From: Okamejei kenojei
Lineage: Eukaryota
Reading direction: 5' to 3'
DNA: 64,000 nt
Assembly (NCBI GenBank): GCA_035221665.1
Contig: CM069131.1
Location: forward strand, 28,396,001 to 28,460,000
Both the position numbers and the translations under genes were made by a program. This document shows, one piece after another, positions 12,923 through 26,018 of the stretch (the first letter of the stretch is position 1; each line of letters starts with the position of its first letter). A model generated the notes under the pieces. The model was not told where the DNA came from and made no database searches. It saw only the letters and a list, made by a program, of their open reading frames with translations.

Positions 12923-14536
12923 ATTTTACTTCGGAGTCACGTGAGTGACTACGTGAAGAAGCCCCGCCTGGCGCTTGATCAGCATTACGTCGACGCTGAC
13001 GGTAGAGCAAGAGCTGCAGAGGCAGCTTCTCTACAGCGGTAGGTACGGGCCCGCAGGTAAGTGCAGTTGAAATACTTACAGGGCATATCCAAACTACGTG
13101 GCTGGTGTATAGAGCCACCAGGAGTTAAAAAGAAACGGAATTTAAAAGCAAAAAATAAAATAAAAGTTAAAATGAAAAGAAAATTAATGGAGAAAGACTC
13201 CAAAAATAAAAAAATCAACCAAAGGGTTTAAAAAGGCCCAGAATATTCCCCAAACCAGACCCTGATGGGTTTCCATATATTAATATATATGGTGGAATTT
13301 ATCAATGTGGAAATATCTACCTCGGATTGTTTTGGAGGTAGTCTCCTTGAGGAAAAACTCAGGAGTAACCAGGGCAGTAAAATAATATGAAAAAACTGAC
13401 CCTAAAGGTGCATTGATAGTGGTGGCTGGTCATAAAGTACCCACCACAGCACAAATATATATACAGGTGTACTAGGTACGATACCTGAATGAAGGAGTGA
13501 GGCCATGGAAAGTAACCATGGAAACCAAAATTAATTGGTCTCTCACCAAAGCTGTTATGGTTGAAACAGCAGAGTTATTGGTAAAACTTTTATGTTTTAT
13601 TAAGGTATCAACGGTGAATCCGATTATGGTACCCATGTCTCAATTATATGCGTGGCATCACTACTTATGTAAAACAAATAAAACATTGTGCAATAACCAA
13701 AACATTTTAAATAAAAAAGACAAATTGCCATTAGTTTGNNNNNNNNNNNNNNNNNNNNNNNNNNNNNNNNNNNNNNNNNNNNNNNNNNNNNNNNNNNNNN
13801 NNNNNNNNNNNNNNNNNNNNNNNNNNNNNNNNNNNNNNNNNNNNNNNNNNNNNNNNNNNNNNNNNNNNNNNNNNNNNNNNNNNNNNNNNNNNNNNNNNNN
13901 NNNNNNNNNNNNNNNNNNNNNNNNNNNNCAATTTTGCACTTAAGATTTGCAGGTCAAAACAGATCAAGTTATGTTAAACTCCTGATTATTTATGGAGTAA
14001 ACCTGCCTCAGGATTAATCAAAGACATTGATTACAAAGGAAAGACTATTGGTCATTAAACTTTGACACAATTATGATCCAATGTAAAGATTTGATAATGG
14101 ATCAAACAAAGGCAGGAGTATAATAAATAAATATTTATCCAACACAGCCTTATGTGAACCCATATGATTGGGAAGAGAAGGGGCTTCATGTACATTTGAA
14201 GAGGTGCAAACACTTGTTACAGAAGAAGTTGATGAAATCTCCAATTGTGGGAGATTACAGGTGTGTTATGATCAATGATATGGCATAACAAAGGATTGAT
14301 TTATTTTAATGTGTAAAGGATCTACAAAAAAATTGTAGAAGGAATTGGTTCACCTGTATAGGAAAACCTAAAAAATGATTTTAGGTTTGCACCCAAAATA
14401 TCTCCAATAAAGAAGGGGGTACGTAAATTTGTATAATAAATTTCCCCAGGGAAAAAGAAGATGTGGTGGTAAAGCCATACAAGACATCATTTTAAATACA
14501 CTTTTACAGTGTAAAAACAAATGTACATCTTCCATT

Positions 14537-14725
14537 TTATAGCTATGTTTAAGAGTGAGTTGGATGTGGCCCTTGTGGCTAAGGGGATCAGAGGGTATGG
14601 AGAGAAGGCAGGTACGGGATACTGAGTTGGATGATCAGCCATGATCATATTGAATGGCGGTGCAGGCTCGAAGGGCTGAATGGCCTACTCCTGCACCTAA
14701 TTTCTATGTTTCTATGTTTCTATGT
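14537..14725 (+). mobile_element. Young CR1/HER1-like 3' end inserted in DIRS copy A only
   Basis: Near-identical to 1554-1734 with a (TTTCTATG)3 tail; absent at the homologous site ~23918. Confidence 0.9.
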
Positions 14726-15432
14726 AACATTGAAAAACAATTGTTATTAACAAATTGTTAATCATTACTATAAGACTCGAATGATTGGTATTTAGTACCA
14801 ATTTATTATTATATTTACAGGTGCTTGAAATTAATTAGAATGGGTCAGCTGTGCAAGTTAAGACATTGTCTAATGGATTAAACTCAGTTCTAGGCTGTTC
14901 ACATAATTATTGGAACAACAATTGCACTGATAAGAAGATTAGCACTTGCACTAATGAGGACATGGTCATGGTTCATCTTGATCACATTTTAAATTGGAAG
15001 GTTGATCAGGAGTCAGCTGCAAATTAGTGCAGCAATTACAAGCCTGTTGAGAGGCAAGGTCCCTGACCCATCCAATAAAAACTATGTTTTAGGCATTCAT
15101 AAACATTCCTAAATTACTATTCTGGGTTTAGGAGTAATTCAGCACCATATGAGGGGGAAACATGTTTTCCGAGATACAAATATGTCTCATTGCTTTGTTG
15201 ACAAACTTTCTCCCTCCATCAGAGAAGGAGCTTAGGTAAAAGAGTAAAAAAGCTCCAAAAAAGGGAAAACACAAGCATTATAAGAGTATGCAGGCCATTT
15301 GACAGGCCTATGCAAATACCAAAGGATACGTTATCAGAATTAAAGTGGTGGATAGAAAAGATTCCACAAGCTGCTTTAAACATATTAGCTTAGCAGCCGT
15401 TGCAAGCTGAAGCAAGTATTATCGGATGATGG

Positions 15433-15518
15433 ATAGCTTCTGTGATTATTTGGGTTACGATAAGTAAAATATCTATTCTTATCAAGTTAATATTTGATAC
15501 GTCCCTTGTTTAGGGGAC
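15433..15518 (+). ncRNA. RNU2: U2 snRNA 5'-derived fragment (pseudogenic) embedded in the DIRS RNase H region
   Basis: 15470-15504 TATCTATTCTTATCAAGTTAATATTTGATACGTCC matches U2 TATCTGTTCTTATCAGTTTAATATCTGATACGTCC at 31/35; starts ATAGCTTCT (U2 ATCGCTTCT) and ends with a stem IIb-like GTCCCTT..AGGGGAC. Confidence 0.85.
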
Positions 15519-18500
15519 TACGGACAATAACACCAGGGAATTGCAAATGGATTGTCCTAAGAAATGTTTTCTCCAAACATTTGTATTAATATTGGAGTAT
15601 CAGGAGCTTTTTATGGATTAAATGCCTATTGTTCTACTATGAAAGTGTGCATGTCAAATCAGGTGAACAATACCACAGCTGTGGCATATATCAATCACAT
15701 GAATCAAGTAATATCATTATCAAGTGATTATCTGGGTAACCAGATGTGGCGTATTCTAATAATGTTTTAGTTCAGCTGTTTATCTCTAAGGAAGAGACAA
15801 TGTTGTCGCAGACAACAAATCAGGGGGAAAACATTGTCAGTAATATGGATTACTTGCCATTAATCTGGTTGTATCCAGATTAAATCACCGATTTCTCAAA
15901 TGTTTCTCGTGGGAAAACCGAGAGCAGGAGCGGTGGATGCATTTCGCTAAATTACATGAGGAAAGATGTTCTTTTATATTACTCATTTTGTCTGATAGGG
16001 CAATGTCTGATGAAAATGTAGCAGACGCTGCCAGGGGCACTTTGGTGGCCCAAACCGGACCTTCATGGTTCTCATTAATGTTGAGAGTGATGTTTGAACC
16101 AGTTATGATGACTCGTAGTTGCAGTAATATGTTGTTGTACAAATTCATCCATGGCAGGAAGATATGAATTTGGCTATCTGTAGGTTTGACCAGACCATTA
16201 TAACAGTTTGACGGTCAAAGAGGTCTATGAATGTTTTAACTAATATAAAATATAACAATTATGTACAAAAGGAATGTTATACCTGCAATTTGGAGAAATA
16301 GTTTAAAAAACAATATTTTGTTTATAAGAAATTGGAAGTCTTTCGCAGACAGTAAAAGTTATTTTATCATATTAGATATATGGGAGTTCCTTGTGGATTG
16401 CATTTTTTCTCAGCATCTAAGTGATAGAGCCAATAATAGGGCTCATAGTGTTTATCGTCCTATTTAGGACAAATTGCTGACCAAGAATTTATCGGGCCCA
16501 TTCGTAATATCCCNNNNNNNNNNNNNNNNNNNNNNNNNNNNNNNNNNNNNNNNNNNNNNNNNNNNNNNNNNNNNNNNNNNNNNNNNNNNNNNNNNNNNNN
16601 NNNNNNNNNNNNNNNNNNNNNNNNNNNNNNNNNNNNNNNNNNNNNNNNNNNNNNNNNAGTTGGGAGATCAGCATAGTCCTGACTTGCCTTAGGCAATGGA
16701 CTCCAATTCTATCAATGATTCAAAAATTTAACATTGAAAGTAATAATGTTCATGACTTTAGTATCAGCATAAGAGTGCAAACATTGCAAATGTTACATTA
16801 TATAATTGCATGTGGCTACAGCTTACATTATCTTATATGTTTATGAATTTACCAAACAAGGCAGACCAAGAAGAGCTGGAACCAAGGTAAAATTTAAGCA
16901 TATCCTGTCGGCCATTCTGCAACTCCAGCATTTTGTGTCTATCTTCGACAGAAACAGGCAAATCAGCATACCATGTCCCTGATATCCAGTACTCATCTAT
17001 ATTAATGCCATTTACTAGTACTTTGTCTGTAACCTTCTATGCATTGGCTCATCCAGAAGCTTCTATAATGTTGTGAGAAACTTATCCACACCACCCACCG
17101 TGGTAAAATGTGTTAAACATTTGTAACATCTTCTGTGTGACTAAGGTTTTCCTCAGCTTTGCTCTAACCGCTTATCTCTTACTCACAATTTACTCTATCT
17201 TATCCCCTCCACAAGTCCAAGGTAGTGCAAGAAGTGGTCTTTATTCTGCTGCCGAGGTAGGATTAGAGTTGTTCAGGTCAGTTCAAGAACCTGACGATGT
17301 AAGAGAGTAATATTCCTGAACCTGGTGTTGCGGGACTTCAGGCTTCTGGACCTCCTGCCTGACAGTAGCAGCAATAAGAGGGCATGGCCGAGATGGCCGG
17401 GATCTTTGATGTTAGGCAACACCTCATGCAGATGCGTTCGATGGAAGGGGGGGGGGGGGGGGGTGGGTTTGTACCTGTCATGGACGGCAACTCTTTCATT
17501 CCTTACGATAGAATTGGCATACCAGGCCATGATGCGACCAATCACTATACTTTCTACAGTGTTTCTGTGGAATTGTGTTGGAGTATTTGGTGACGTGCCA
17601 GATCTCTTTAAACTTTGAAAAAAGTAGGGTTGTTGGCACTTCATGATTCCATCTACGTGCTGGGCCCAGGACACGTTATCTGAGATATTAACACCCAGGA
17701 ATTTGTGCAATGTCTTATAACTATCAGGATTCAATTCCATTTGAAATTCAATCTGATATGCTAGCAACAGTTATTCTGCTGCCTTTAATTCTATGACAAT
17801 CCATTGCCCAGCAAATATAACACACCTTGATCTGAAAGATCAAGGCCAAACTTGTATATTCCTTGGATGAGATGTGTCAGTCTTCTAAGCTATTACAAGT
17901 GTTATTTTTAACAGACCTTTTATACTATTAATAGGAACATATAGCGCTGATGGAAAGTTGAGGACGAATGTGCCTCAGGCAGCTTGGCGACAGAACTTAT
18001 AAAGTAAAACAGTTGGCTTGGTCTTTCCTTAAAATTCATTCATACCATTTAAAGTTTTGTTTCCAGTAACTTTTCATTCAATGAATTGCAGATCACAACC
18101 AGTTCATCTTTTAAAAAAATGTTTCCTCATGCTTCACATTCTTTTCCCAGTGATCTGATCATGTATGATTTTGACTCATGGAAGCACAAGGAGGTCTTAA
18201 AGCCTCTTCATCCTTCCCCATTATTCAATGAGCATCCTGCACTCCAAGGAACAAAGTCCCAACCTCCTTACAGCTCAGGCCCCTCAGTCCCAGCAACATC
18301 CTCACTCATCTTCTCTGTACTCTCCATCCAGCCCAATGACATCCCTGTGACCAAGACTGAACACAGCACTCCAAATGTGGCCCCACAACGTCCTGTACAA
18401 CTAAATACCCTGAACGCCAAGGGCCAATGTAGAACAAGCCCCCTCCATCATCCTACCCACCTATGACACAACCTCCAGGGAACCATGCACCAGCACCCCT

Positions 18501-21023
18501 ACATCCCTTACTCCATCACGGCCCCAGGGCCCACATACACCATGAAGGTCCCATCTCAACCCGACCTCCCAAAATCCCAAAACACCCCTCAGCCATCTGC
18601 ACCAAACTCCATCAGCTATTCCTCAGCCCACTTACCTAGCTGACCAAGATCCCACTGCAATCGTTGACAACCATCTTCACTGTTCACAATACCACCTATA
18701 TTAGTATCATCTGCAAACTGCACGCTAAAACTGTCAATAGTTTATCAAACATATTTTCTTTTGCAATAAATTAGCTGCTGAAGGAACTCCCAGCATCTGT
18801 GGGATGGAGGGGAGTAGTGATCGATGATTCTAACCAGTAGCGTCTAGGACCAGGGGTCATAGCCTCAGAATAAAATGACGTTTCTTTAGGAAGTAGATAA
18901 GGAGGAATTTCTTTTGTCAGAGGGTGGTGAATCTGTGAAATTCATTGCCACAGAAGGCTGTGGAGGCCAGGTCAATGGATATGTTTAAGGCAGAGATAGA
19001 CAGATTCTTGATTAATATGTATGACAGGGGTTATGGGGGCAAGGCAGGAGAATGGGGTTGAGGGGGAGAGATAGGTCAATTCTCATTAACCTCCTCTGGA
19101 CCCTCTCCAACACCAGCACATCCTTCTTCAGATATGCGGCACAAAACTGTTCACAATAATCCAAAGGCAGTCTGACCAGTGCTTTATAAAGCCTCAGCAT
19201 TGCATCCCTGTTTTTGTATTCTAATCCTCTTGAAATAAATGCTAACATTGCATTTGCCTTTCTTACTACTGATTCTCCAATTTCTCAATATAACTAATGT
19301 ATAAATACAAGGATACCATCTATCCTTGTGCACTATTCCAAACTTGCCCTGCCAGAGACTTTGTGTGATCCCTCCTTCAGCCCTGCCTCCTACTGTAATG
19401 TCACTACTTCAGTTACAGTATGTTGCCCCTCTTCATATTTCAGTCCATGAGATTTCACTCTCCATGTGTCTGCTCACTTCACCAGCCTGTCTCTGATTCT
19501 TGTCCCTCCCACAGTTTACACTATTATATGTTTCCGTGTAGTCTGACAAACCAACCCTTCACCCAACTCTGTGCCTTGTCATCGCGTTAAATATACATAC
19601 AAACTGATTGTCCGTGTCACAAGAGACACAATGTTGTTAATGATGCAGTGATAGTGCACTGAAAAGGCGCTTGTCCTATCGTATCTCTGTCGGCTCTGTG
19701 AACGTCCATCTATACATCAATCGTACAACCCTCAGCAACTCTTTTTGTTAAATTATCCAAGATCTCAATCAAGCAAAGGCCAGCATTTATTTCCACCTCT
19801 AACTACCCTTGATCCACTGTTTGATGGAGATATTCCCAAGATAGTGGAGGGTCGGGGGTTCTAATATTTAGACCCCGTGATGATGAATAAAGATTGAGTA
19901 ATGTGGGATGCAATATAATTCAGCTGCAGCTTCTGAAGGCCCACAAAGACTTCCCCAAGACCCTCCTCAGTTCAGTTTTGTTTATTGTCACATGTACTGA
20001 GGTACAGTGAAAAGCTTTTGTTGTGTGCTATCCAGTCAGCAGGAAGACGAAACATGATTGCAAATGAGCCATTTAAAGTGTCTAGGTACATGATAAGGGA
20101 ATAATGTTTATTGCAAGGTGAAGCTGATCAAGGATAGTCCAAGGATCACCAATGAGGTAGATAGTAGTTCAGCACTGCTCTCTGGTTGTGGTAGGATGAT
20201 TCAATTGCCTGATAACAGCTGGGAAGAAACAGTCCCTGAATCTGGAGGTGTGCGTTTCACACTTCTATACCTTTTGCCTGATCGAAGAGGGAGTGGCCAG
20301 GGTGCAACTCATCCTTGATTATGCTGCTGGCCTTGCCAAGGCAGCGTGAGGTAGAAATGGAGTCAATAGAGGGAAGGATGGATTGTGTGATGGTGTGAGC
20401 TGGGCTCTGTCCACAATTGGCTGCAATTTCTTGCGGTCTTGAATGGAGCTGTTCCCAAACCAAGCTGTGATCCATCTGATAAAATGCTTTCTTGTCATCA
20501 CAATTCCCTTTAAGTATTACTGAATGTTTTTAAAATGTGAGAATTCTGCTCAATATAATGTCCCTGCCCTCATTCACCAATAATAGAGTACAGATTGTGG
20601 TGGTGACCCCATGAGTAAGCACTCAAACGGTTTTTGATTTCACAACACAATTAGAACGTTGCACATCATTTCACAACCTGTGTTCATGGCCCATCCCTTC
20701 TCATGAGTTTATCTCCATCTTTAATATGTTTATTTGATTTCCATTGTCAAATCTTGCATCACAGCAGACTGTACATTGAATATTATTGTCCTCTCAGGAA
20801 TTTGCAGTTTTTCAGTAATTATCAGCACTCGGCTCCTTAGTTCACTCAACGCTACTATCTGGAAAAAACCCAAAAAATATTTGTGTGTTGACCTATATTA
20901 TTCCACATAATTAAGTGGAGAGAGTGCATGAAATTAGCTGTAATCCCGGCCCCATTTACTTTGCATACAGTAGGCTGGTTGGTTACTCCTGGATCCACAC
21001 AGTTTGCTTCACTGGAGCAATAT

Positions 21024-22258
21024 CTTTTTTTATATAATATATATATTAGAAGTAAATACAGATTATGATGAAAACATTTCATGTGTATCAATCATACATT
21101 ATTAATATTATCAATTGAAGATTCATTCTGCTTCTAATTTTAAAAATATATATATGTAGAAACTAAGAAAGAGAGAGAGAAAAAAAAACATAAATGTCAA
21201 GCTAAAAAAAGAAAGAATGGAATGATTTACTAATAATACATCATTGGAGATAGGTTCGAAGATTATGAAGAATAACTTTTCATCTGATCCGGAGTTCAAG
21301 TTTCAGTTAGGTTCCTGTGCCGAACCAATCTACCCCTTCAAATAATCGATGAATGAAGACCATATTTTAACAAAAAGTTCTTGTTTGTCCATTAAGACAA
21401 ATCTGATTCTTTCCAGGTGTAGGGTCTCTGACATTTCCATAATCTACATTTTAATTGTGGGGGTTATAGGACCTTTCCAAAATTTTAATATTTATTTCTT
21501 CCCAGTTATTATACTGTAGTCTAGAAAGTTTCTTTGACTTGTTGTGAGTGTTAGACTTTGTTCTCATATTCCAAGTATTATTAGTTTTGAGTCGGGATCC
21601 AGTTTAGTGTTAACAACTTCAGAAATTATTCTAAAAATATCAAACCAGAAATTTTTGATTTTTATACAATTTGCAAAATTATGTGTTAAGTTAGCCTCTA
21701 GATGCTGACATTTATCGCAGATAGGGGAGATATGTGGGAAAATTCTATTTAATTTTACTTTAGAGTAATGTAATCTGTGTAATACTTTAAATTGTATTAA
21801 AGCATGTCTGGCATTTAACGAGCATTGATGTGTATGTTGTAGACTTTTGTCCCAAATATCTTTCGTTATAGGTTGACCTAATTCACTTTTCCCATGTATG
21901 TCTATATGATTCTGTTGATGGGACCTCGCTATCTAAAAGGGTATTATAAATATAAGTTGTTAATTTTTCTGTATTGGGATGTTTATTCAAATATTCATCA
22001 AGGATTTCTGGTTCCCTACTCCTATAATCTTGTGTATTGGATTTAACATAATCTCTAAGTTGTAGATATCTAAAAAAATTATTTGAGTCCAGAATTAGTC
22101 CATAAATCTGTTGTAACTCCTGAAATAGAAGAAAAGTGCCTTTCTTATAAAGATGTCCCATCTTTTTAATTCCGTTATTTTTCCATTGTGTGAAACCTTT
22201 ATGGAAGGTTTGAATAAGGGACTCTTTACAATGGGGAGACAGTGTGATATATTATCCA
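21024..22258 (-). mobile_element. L1 3' fragment, duplicate of 11687-12922
   Basis: Near-identical sequence and the same DIRS junction. Confidence 0.9.
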
Positions 22259-25200
22259 ATTTTACTTCGGAGTCACGTGAGTGACTACGTGAAGAAGCCC
22301 CGCCTGGCGCTTGATCGGCATTACGTCGACGCTGACGGTAGAGCAAGAGCTGCAGAGGCAGCTCCTCTACAGCGGTAGGTATGGGCCCGCAGGTAAGTGC
22401 AGTTGAAATACTTACAGGGCATATCCAAACTACGTGGCTGGTGTATAGAGCCACCAGGAGTTAAAAAGAAACGGAATTTAAAAGCAAAAAATAAAATAAA
22501 AGTTAAAATGAAAAGAAAATTAATGGAGAAAGACTCCAAAAATAAAAAAATCAACCAAAGGGTTTAAAAAGGCCCAGAATATTCCCCAAAACAGACCCTG
22601 AGGGGTTTCCATATATTAATATATATGGTGGAATTTATCAATGTGGAAATATCTACCTCGGATTGTTTTGGTGGTAGTCTCCTTGAGGAAAAACTCAGGA
22701 GTAACCAGGGCAGTAAAATAATATGAAAAAACTGACCCTAAAGGTGCATTGATAGTGGTGGCTGGTCATAAAGTACCCACCACAGCACAAATATATATAC
22801 AGGTGTACTAGGTACGATACCTGAATGAAGGAGTGAGGCCATGGAAAGTAACCATGGAAACCAAAATTAATTGGTCTCTCACCAAAGCTGTTATGGTTGA
22901 AACAGCAGAGTTATTGGTAAAACTTTTATGTTTTTATTAAGGTATCAACGGTGAATCCGATTATGGTACCCATGTCTCAATTATATGCGTGGCATCACTA
23001 CTTATGTAAAACAAATATAAACATTGTGCAATAACCAAAACATTTTAAATAAAAAAGACAAATTGCCATTAGTTTGNNNNNNNNNNNNNNNNNNNNNNNN
23101 NNNNNNNNNNNNNNNNNNNNNNNNNNNNNNNNNNNNNNNNNNNNNNNNNNNNNNNNNNNNNNNNNNNNNNNNNNNNNNNNNNNNNNNNNNNNNNNNNNNN
23201 NNNNNNNNNNNNNNNNNNNNNNNNNNNNNNNNNNNNNNNNNNNNNNNNNNNNNNNNNNNNNNNNNNNNNNNNNNNNNNNNNNNNNNNNNNNNNNNNNNNN
23301 NNNNNNNCAATTTTGCACTTAAGATTTGCAGGTCAAAACAGATCAAGTTATGTTAAACTCCTGATTATTTATGGAGTAAACCTGCCTCAGGATTAATCAA
23401 AGACATTGATTACAAAGGAAAGACTATTGGTCATTAAACTTTGACACAATTATGATCCAATGTAAAGATTTGATAATGGATCAAACAAAGGCAGCAGTAT
23501 GATAAATAAATATTTATCCAACACAGCCTTATGTGAACCCATATGATTGGGAAGAGAAGGGGCTTCATGTACATTTGAAGAGGTGCAAAAACTTGTTACA
23601 GAAGAAGTTGATGAAATCTCCAATTGTGGGAGATTACAGGTGTGTTATGATCAATGATATGGCATAACAAAGGATTGATTTATTTTAATGTGTAAAGGAT
23701 CTACAAAAAAATTGTAGAAGGAATTGGTTCACCTGTATAGGAAAACCTAAAAAATGATTTTAGGTTTGCACCCAAAATATCTCCAATAAAGAAGGGGTAC
23801 GTAAATTTGTATAATAAATTTCCCCAGGGAAAAAGAAGATGTGGTGGTAAAGCCATACAAGACATCATTTTAAATACACTTTTACAGTGTAAAAACATTT
23901 TATTAAAATGGACATCTTCAACATTGAAAAACAATTGTTATTAACAAATTGTTAATCATTACTATAAGACTCGAATGATTGGTATTTAGTACCAATTTAT
24001 TATTATATTTACAGGTGCTTGAAATTAATTAGAATGGGTCAGCTGTGCAAGTTAAGACATTGTCTAATGGATTAAACTCAGTTCTAGGCTGTTCACATAA
24101 TTATTGGAACAACAATTGCACTGATAAGAAGATTAGCACTTGCACTAATGAGGACATGGTCATGGTTCATCTTGATCACATTTTAAATTGGAAGGTTGAT
24201 CAGGAGTCAGCTGCAAATTAGTGCAGCAATTACAAGCCTGTTGAGAGGCAAGGTCCCTGACCCATCCAATAAAAACTATGTTTTAGGCATTCATAAACAT
24301 TCCTAAATTACTATTCTGGGTTTAGGAGTAATTCAGCACCATATGAGGGGGAAAACATGTTTTCCGAGATACAAATATGTCTCATTGCTTTGTTGACAAA
24401 CTTTCTCCCTCCATCAGAGAAGGAGCTTAGGTAAAAGAGTAAAAAAGCTCCAAAAAAGGGAAAACACAAGCATTATAAGAGTATGCAGGCCATTTGACAG
24501 GCCTATGCAAATACCAAAGGATACGTTATCAGAATTAAAGTGGTGGATAGAAAAGATTCCACAAGCTGCTTTAAACATATTAGCTTAGCAGCCGTTGCAA
24601 GCTGAAGCAAGTATTATCGGATGATGGATAGCTTCTGTGATTATTTGGGTTACGATAAGTAAAATATCTATTCTTATCAAGTTAATATTTGATACGTCCC
24701 TTGTTTAGGGGACTACGGACAATAACACCAGGGAATTGCAAATGGATTGTCCTAAGAAATGTTTTCTCCAAACATTTGTATTAATATTGGAGTATCAGGA
24801 GCTTTTTATGGATTAAATGCCTATTGTTCTACTATGAAAGTGTGCATGTCAAATCAGGTGAACAATACCACAGCTGTGGCATATATCAATCACATGAATC
24901 AAGTAATATCATTATCAAGTGATTATCTGGGTAACCAGATGTGGCGTATTCTAATAATGTTTTAGTTCAGCTGTTTATCTCTAAGGAAGAGACAATGTTG
25001 TCGCAGACAACAAATCAGGGGGAAAACATTGTCAGTAATATGGATTACTTACCATTAATCTGGTTGTATCCAGATTAAATCACTGATTTCTCAAATGTTT
25101 CTCGTGGGAAAACCGAGAGCAGGAGCGGTGGATGCATTTCGCTAAATTACATGAGGAAAGATGTTCTTTTATATTACTCATTTTGTCTGATAGGGCAATG

Positions 25201-26018
25201 TCTGATGAAAATGTAGCAGACGCTGCCAGGGGCACTTTGGTGGCCCAAACCGGACCTTCATGGTTCTCATTAATGTTGAGAGTGATGTTTGAACCAGTTA
25301 TGATGACTCGTAGTTGCAGTAATATGTTGTTGTACAAATTCATCCATGGCAGGAAGATATGAATTTGGCTATCTGTAGGTTTGACCAGACCATTATAACA
25401 GTTTGACGGTCAAAGAGGTCTATGAATGTTTTAACTAATATAAAATATAACAATTATGTACAAAAGGAATGTTATACCTGCAATTTGGAGAAATAGTTTA
25501 AAAAACAATATTTTGTTTATAAGAAATTGGAAGTCTTTCGCAGACAGTAAAAGTTATTTTATCATATTAGATATATGGGAGTTCCTTGTGGATTGCATTT
25601 TTTCTCAGCATCTAAGTGATAGAGCCAATAATAGGGCTCATAGTGTTTATCGTCCTATTTAGGACAAATTGCTGACCAAGAATTTATCGGGCCCATTCGT
25701 AATATCCCGATATGAAAAAAGGATATTTATATATAAAATGTCCAAAGTTGAAATACAGAAGTTGGGAGATCAGCATAGTCCTGACTTGCCTTAGGCAATG
25801 GACTCCAATTCTATCAATGATTCAAAAATGTAACATTGAAAGTAATAATGTTCATGACTTTAGTATCAGCATAAGAGTGCAAACATTGCAAATGTTACAT
25901 TATATAATTGCATGTGGCTACAGATTACATTATCTTATATGTTTATGAATTTACCAAACAAGGCAGACCAAGAAGAGCTGGAACCAAGGTAAAATTTAAG
26001 CATATCCTGTCGGCCATT
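22259..26018 (+). mobile_element. DIRS1-type retrotransposon, duplicate of 12923-16916
   Basis: Same left end and domain relics; YR P..KY..WE...VL..L..W.P at ~25740-25810. Confidence 0.88.
24628..24713 (+). ncRNA. RNU2: U2 snRNA 5'-derived fragment in DIRS copy B
   Basis: Identical to 15433-15518. Confidence 0.85.

Larger units (their letters stand above)
1293..16910 (+). repeat. Tandem segmental duplication unit, copy A (expanded by CR1 and L1 insertions)
   Basis: The junction ATCCTGTCGGCCATT.TGCAACTCCAGC recurs at 1293, 16911 and 26013; ORF-track translations are duplicated between copies. Confidence 0.9.
12923..16916 (+). mobile_element. DIRS1-type retrotransposon, degenerate and 3'-truncated within the YR
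   Basis: Left end ATTTTACTTCGGAGTCACGTGAGTGACTACGTGAAGAA identical to 52619; relics of RNase H (LQAEAS..G, NNTTAVAYINH), MT-like (VDAF, GTLVA..PSWF) and YR (TLK..LVSA.RVQTL, KQGRP). Confidence 0.88.
16911..26012 (+). repeat. Tandem segmental duplication unit, copy B (9102 bp including an N gap)
   Basis: Colinear with copy A minus its private insertions. Confidence 0.92.

Noticed and set aside
13739-13928. ORFs spanning N runs (also 16514-16657, 23077-23307, 36701-36903, 37728-37866)
   Set aside because: Gap artefacts. The 16514 gap corresponds to only ~50 nt in copy B, and the gaps at 13739 and 23077 are at the same homologous site, so their content is unknown
15433-15518. Functional U2 snRNA gene
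   Set aside because: Only the 5' ~85 nt are present, the branch-point recognition sequence is mutated, and there is no Sm site, 3' stem-loops or snRNA promoter context
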